Source: Fimbriimonadales bacterium (GTDB lineage Bacteria > Armatimonadota > Fimbriimonadia > Fimbriimonadales > ATM1). From it: a stretch of DNA of 16,583 bases. Each line of letters starts with the position of its first letter. The stretch's first letter is position 1. The stretch spans positions 1 to 16,583 of the forward strand of contig JBPCLO010000005.1 of assembly GCA_051003155.1 (NCBI GenBank), in the 5' to 3' direction. The notes under the pieces were generated by a model. The model was given only the letters and a program-made list of their open reading frames with translations, searched no databases and was not told the origin of the DNA. Positions 14,934 to 16,583 of the stretch are shown here, piece by piece. The translations under genes and the position numbers were made by a program.

Positions 14934-16505
14934 CTAGTTGCCGCCGGAGCCTTCCTCTTCAATGATCGTCGGCGTGATGAACACCAAGAGTTCCTGGTTG
15001 TTCACCGTGCGGCGCGACGACTTGAACAGGTTTCCGATTATGGGCAGGTCGCTCAGGATCGGGTAGCGCTGATACGAGTTGGACTCTTGCTTGCGCGTCA
15101 AGCCGCCCAGAACGATAGTCTCGCCATTCTTAACCCGCGCGGTCACAAAGATCTGCTGGGTCGAAATGTCGGGAACGTCTGTGCCAAGCGGATTTCGGTT
15201 CAATTTGCCGAGCTCAGACACCGTTGGGGCAATGGTCATGGTGACCGTGTTGTCGGCGTTGATGCGTGGCTGGACCGAAAGGCCGCTGTTGACGGGAACC
15301 GGAGTGAGGATCGGTGTTTGGATGATTCCCGTGGGTGTCGCGATTGTTTGGGTCGTGATGATCCAGGTCACCAAAGTCTGCTGGATGAATGCCGGCTGGT
15401 TGTTGAGCGTCCGGATGAACGGAGCGTTGACAACCGTGCCGTAACCCTCGAGCAGCAATGCGCGAAGCCTTGTGGTGAGGTTCCCTGTGGCGAAGCTTAT
15501 GAAGAACGGGTCTCCGGTTCGCGCCTGGCTGCCGGGCGTGTTGCCGATGAATACATTGCCACGCTGGAAAAGCCAGTCGATGCCGAAGCTCTTGTCCACG
15601 TTATTCGTGGTCGTGATGAACTCGACCTTGATGCTGACCTGCCTCGGAGCGACGTCGAACCGGCTTATAAGACGCTCGAGCTCTTGGATGGCGCTGTCGG
15701 TCCCACGTACGATCAGGCTGTTGTCGGTCGGATCATAGGTGATCTGGTCGATGCCTACCGGAACGAAGCCCTGTCCGCCTTGGAGGTCGATGTTTCCACC
15801 TTGGCCGAACTGTCCGCCTTGCCCGAATTGGCCGCCGCCTGCTTGGCCGCCGCCGGCTTGGCCTCCGCCTGCACCAAGACCACCCACTCGTCCCTGGTTC
15901 GCTCCGCCGGGAACCAGTATGCCGTTACCGCCGTCCTGAGTTAATGGCTGCTGCATCGGCCCTGACGAAATCTGGGTGTTGACGATGTGAGGAGTGTTGT
16001 TCGCGATCTCCGGGATCGGCGTGTTCATCTTCTGGAACCGAAGAAGCGCTTTCCATTCGCCTTGTGCATCGACTTCCTGCCCATACATCAACTGAAGCAT
16101 GTCTCGTGGGTGATAGTTCTTCAGGAAGATCTTCGAAACCACGGAGGGGGCCCTGACGGCCGGCTGCGGTGTTTCGACGACAGCCTTCTCTTCGGGGAAG
16201 TCGAACTTGCGCCCAATCACGAAGACACCGCCCGGATCTTTCCGTACAACGGCGCCTGCAGCGTCGCAAATGAACCGGATGGCCTCTTCGACCGTTACGC
16301 CCCGAAGGCCGAGCGTGATGCGCCCGTACGGCTCGCTCGACGGCTTGAATACGAACTGCAGACTTTGGCCGCTGCGGCTTGCCAGCATCTGCGTCGCGGC
16401 CGTCAGGTCCGCATCGGAAAGGTTCAGGTCGAACCTCTTGGGTTCCTGGCTATTAGCCACCAGGAACACCATCATTAATCCAATCAATGGAAGGAATTTA
16501 CGCAT
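14934..16505 (-). CDS. Outer-membrane secretin, GspD/PilQ family
   Basis: Signal peptide, N0/STN-like domain, N3 (YDPTDNSLIVRGT...FDVAPRQVSIKVEF), secretin domain (APFIRTLNNQPA, VQPRIN, VKNGETIVLGGL, PILSDLPIIGNLFKS, ELLVFITPTII); AAGGAGG SD; upstream of aroK-aroB. Confidence 0.95.
   Translation of the reverse strand: MRKFLPLIGLMMVFLVANSQEPKRFDLNLSDADLTAATQMLASRSGQSLQFVFKPSSEPYGRITLGLRGVTVEEAIRFICDAAGAVVRKDPGGVFVIGRKFDFPEEKAVVETPQPAVRAPSVVSKIFLKNYHPRDMLQLMYGQEVDAQGEWKALLRFQKMNTPIPEIANNTPHIVNTQISSGPMQQPLTQDGGNGILVPGGANQGRVGGLGAGGGQAGGGQAGGGQFGQGGQFGQGGNIDLQGGQGFVPVGIDQITYDPTDNSLIVRGTDSAIQELERLISRFDVAPRQVSIKVEFITTTNNVDKSFGIDWLFQRGNVFIGNTPGSQARTGDPFFISFATGNLTTRLRALLLEGYGTVVNAPFIRTLNNQPAFIQQTLVTWIITTQTIATPTGIIQTPILTPVPVNSGLSVQPRINADNTVTMTIAPTVSELGKLNRNPLGTDVPDISTQQIFVTARVKNGETIVLGGLTRKQESNSYQRYPILSDLPIIGNLFKSSRRTVNNQELLVFITPTIIEEEGSGGN
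15795..15890 (-). repeat. Degenerate coding repeat (Gly/Gln-rich) within the secretin
   Basis: Encodes GGLGAGGGQAGGGQAGGGQFGQGGQFGQGG (GGGQA and GGQFGQ units); boundaries approximate. Confidence 0.7.
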
Positions 16506-16548
16506 GTCCTTCGCCTCCTTAGTTATTCTCGTGTGTAATTGTCATGAC

Positions 16549-16583
16549 TTAGAACCGGCCGCCGCCGATTCCGCCGCCGCCGC
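16549..16583 (-). CDS. 3' end of an upstream gene with a Gly-rich C-terminus (partial)
   Basis: Minus strand reads GGGGIGGGRF*, TAA at 16551-16549. The frame is ambiguous: an alternative reads AAAAESAAAGSKS*. Confidence 0.45.
   Translation of the reverse strand, partial: GGGGIGGGRF

Noticed and set aside
1..16583. CRISPR array, tRNA, rRNA or long non-coding element
   Set aside because: No regularly spaced repeats or RNA-gene signatures were seen; intergenic gaps are all short (about 100 nt or less).

Overview
GC-rich bacterial window made up mostly of housekeeping genes. An outer-membrane secretin together with a PASTA kinase-like gene and jag points to a diderm Terrabacteria-type organism, possibly Armatimonadota (inference only). 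The window opens with the right end of an IS3-family element that cuts a minus-strand ORF. Next on + come glmS and a secreted CocE/NonD hydrolase, then a small membrane protein (-) and a frameshifted solo HicB-like gene (+). The rest is one long minus-strand run, in transcription order: Gly-tailed partial ORF, GspD/PilQ secretin, hairpin, aroK, aroB, small membrane ORF (probable CTG start), degenerate PASTA Ser/Thr kinase, rpe, small membrane ORF, ribD, ribE, rpmH (missing from the ORF track), rnpA, yidD, yidC, jag, rplU, rpmA. I see no tRNA, rRNA or CRISPR array and no clear-cut new multi-gene system. The best leads are the probable PASTA pseudokinase with its coupled membrane partner, several apparently leaderless genes, a chain of ATGA/CTGA/TTGA/GTGA stop-start overlaps, and a YidC with an atypical helical periplasmic domain.
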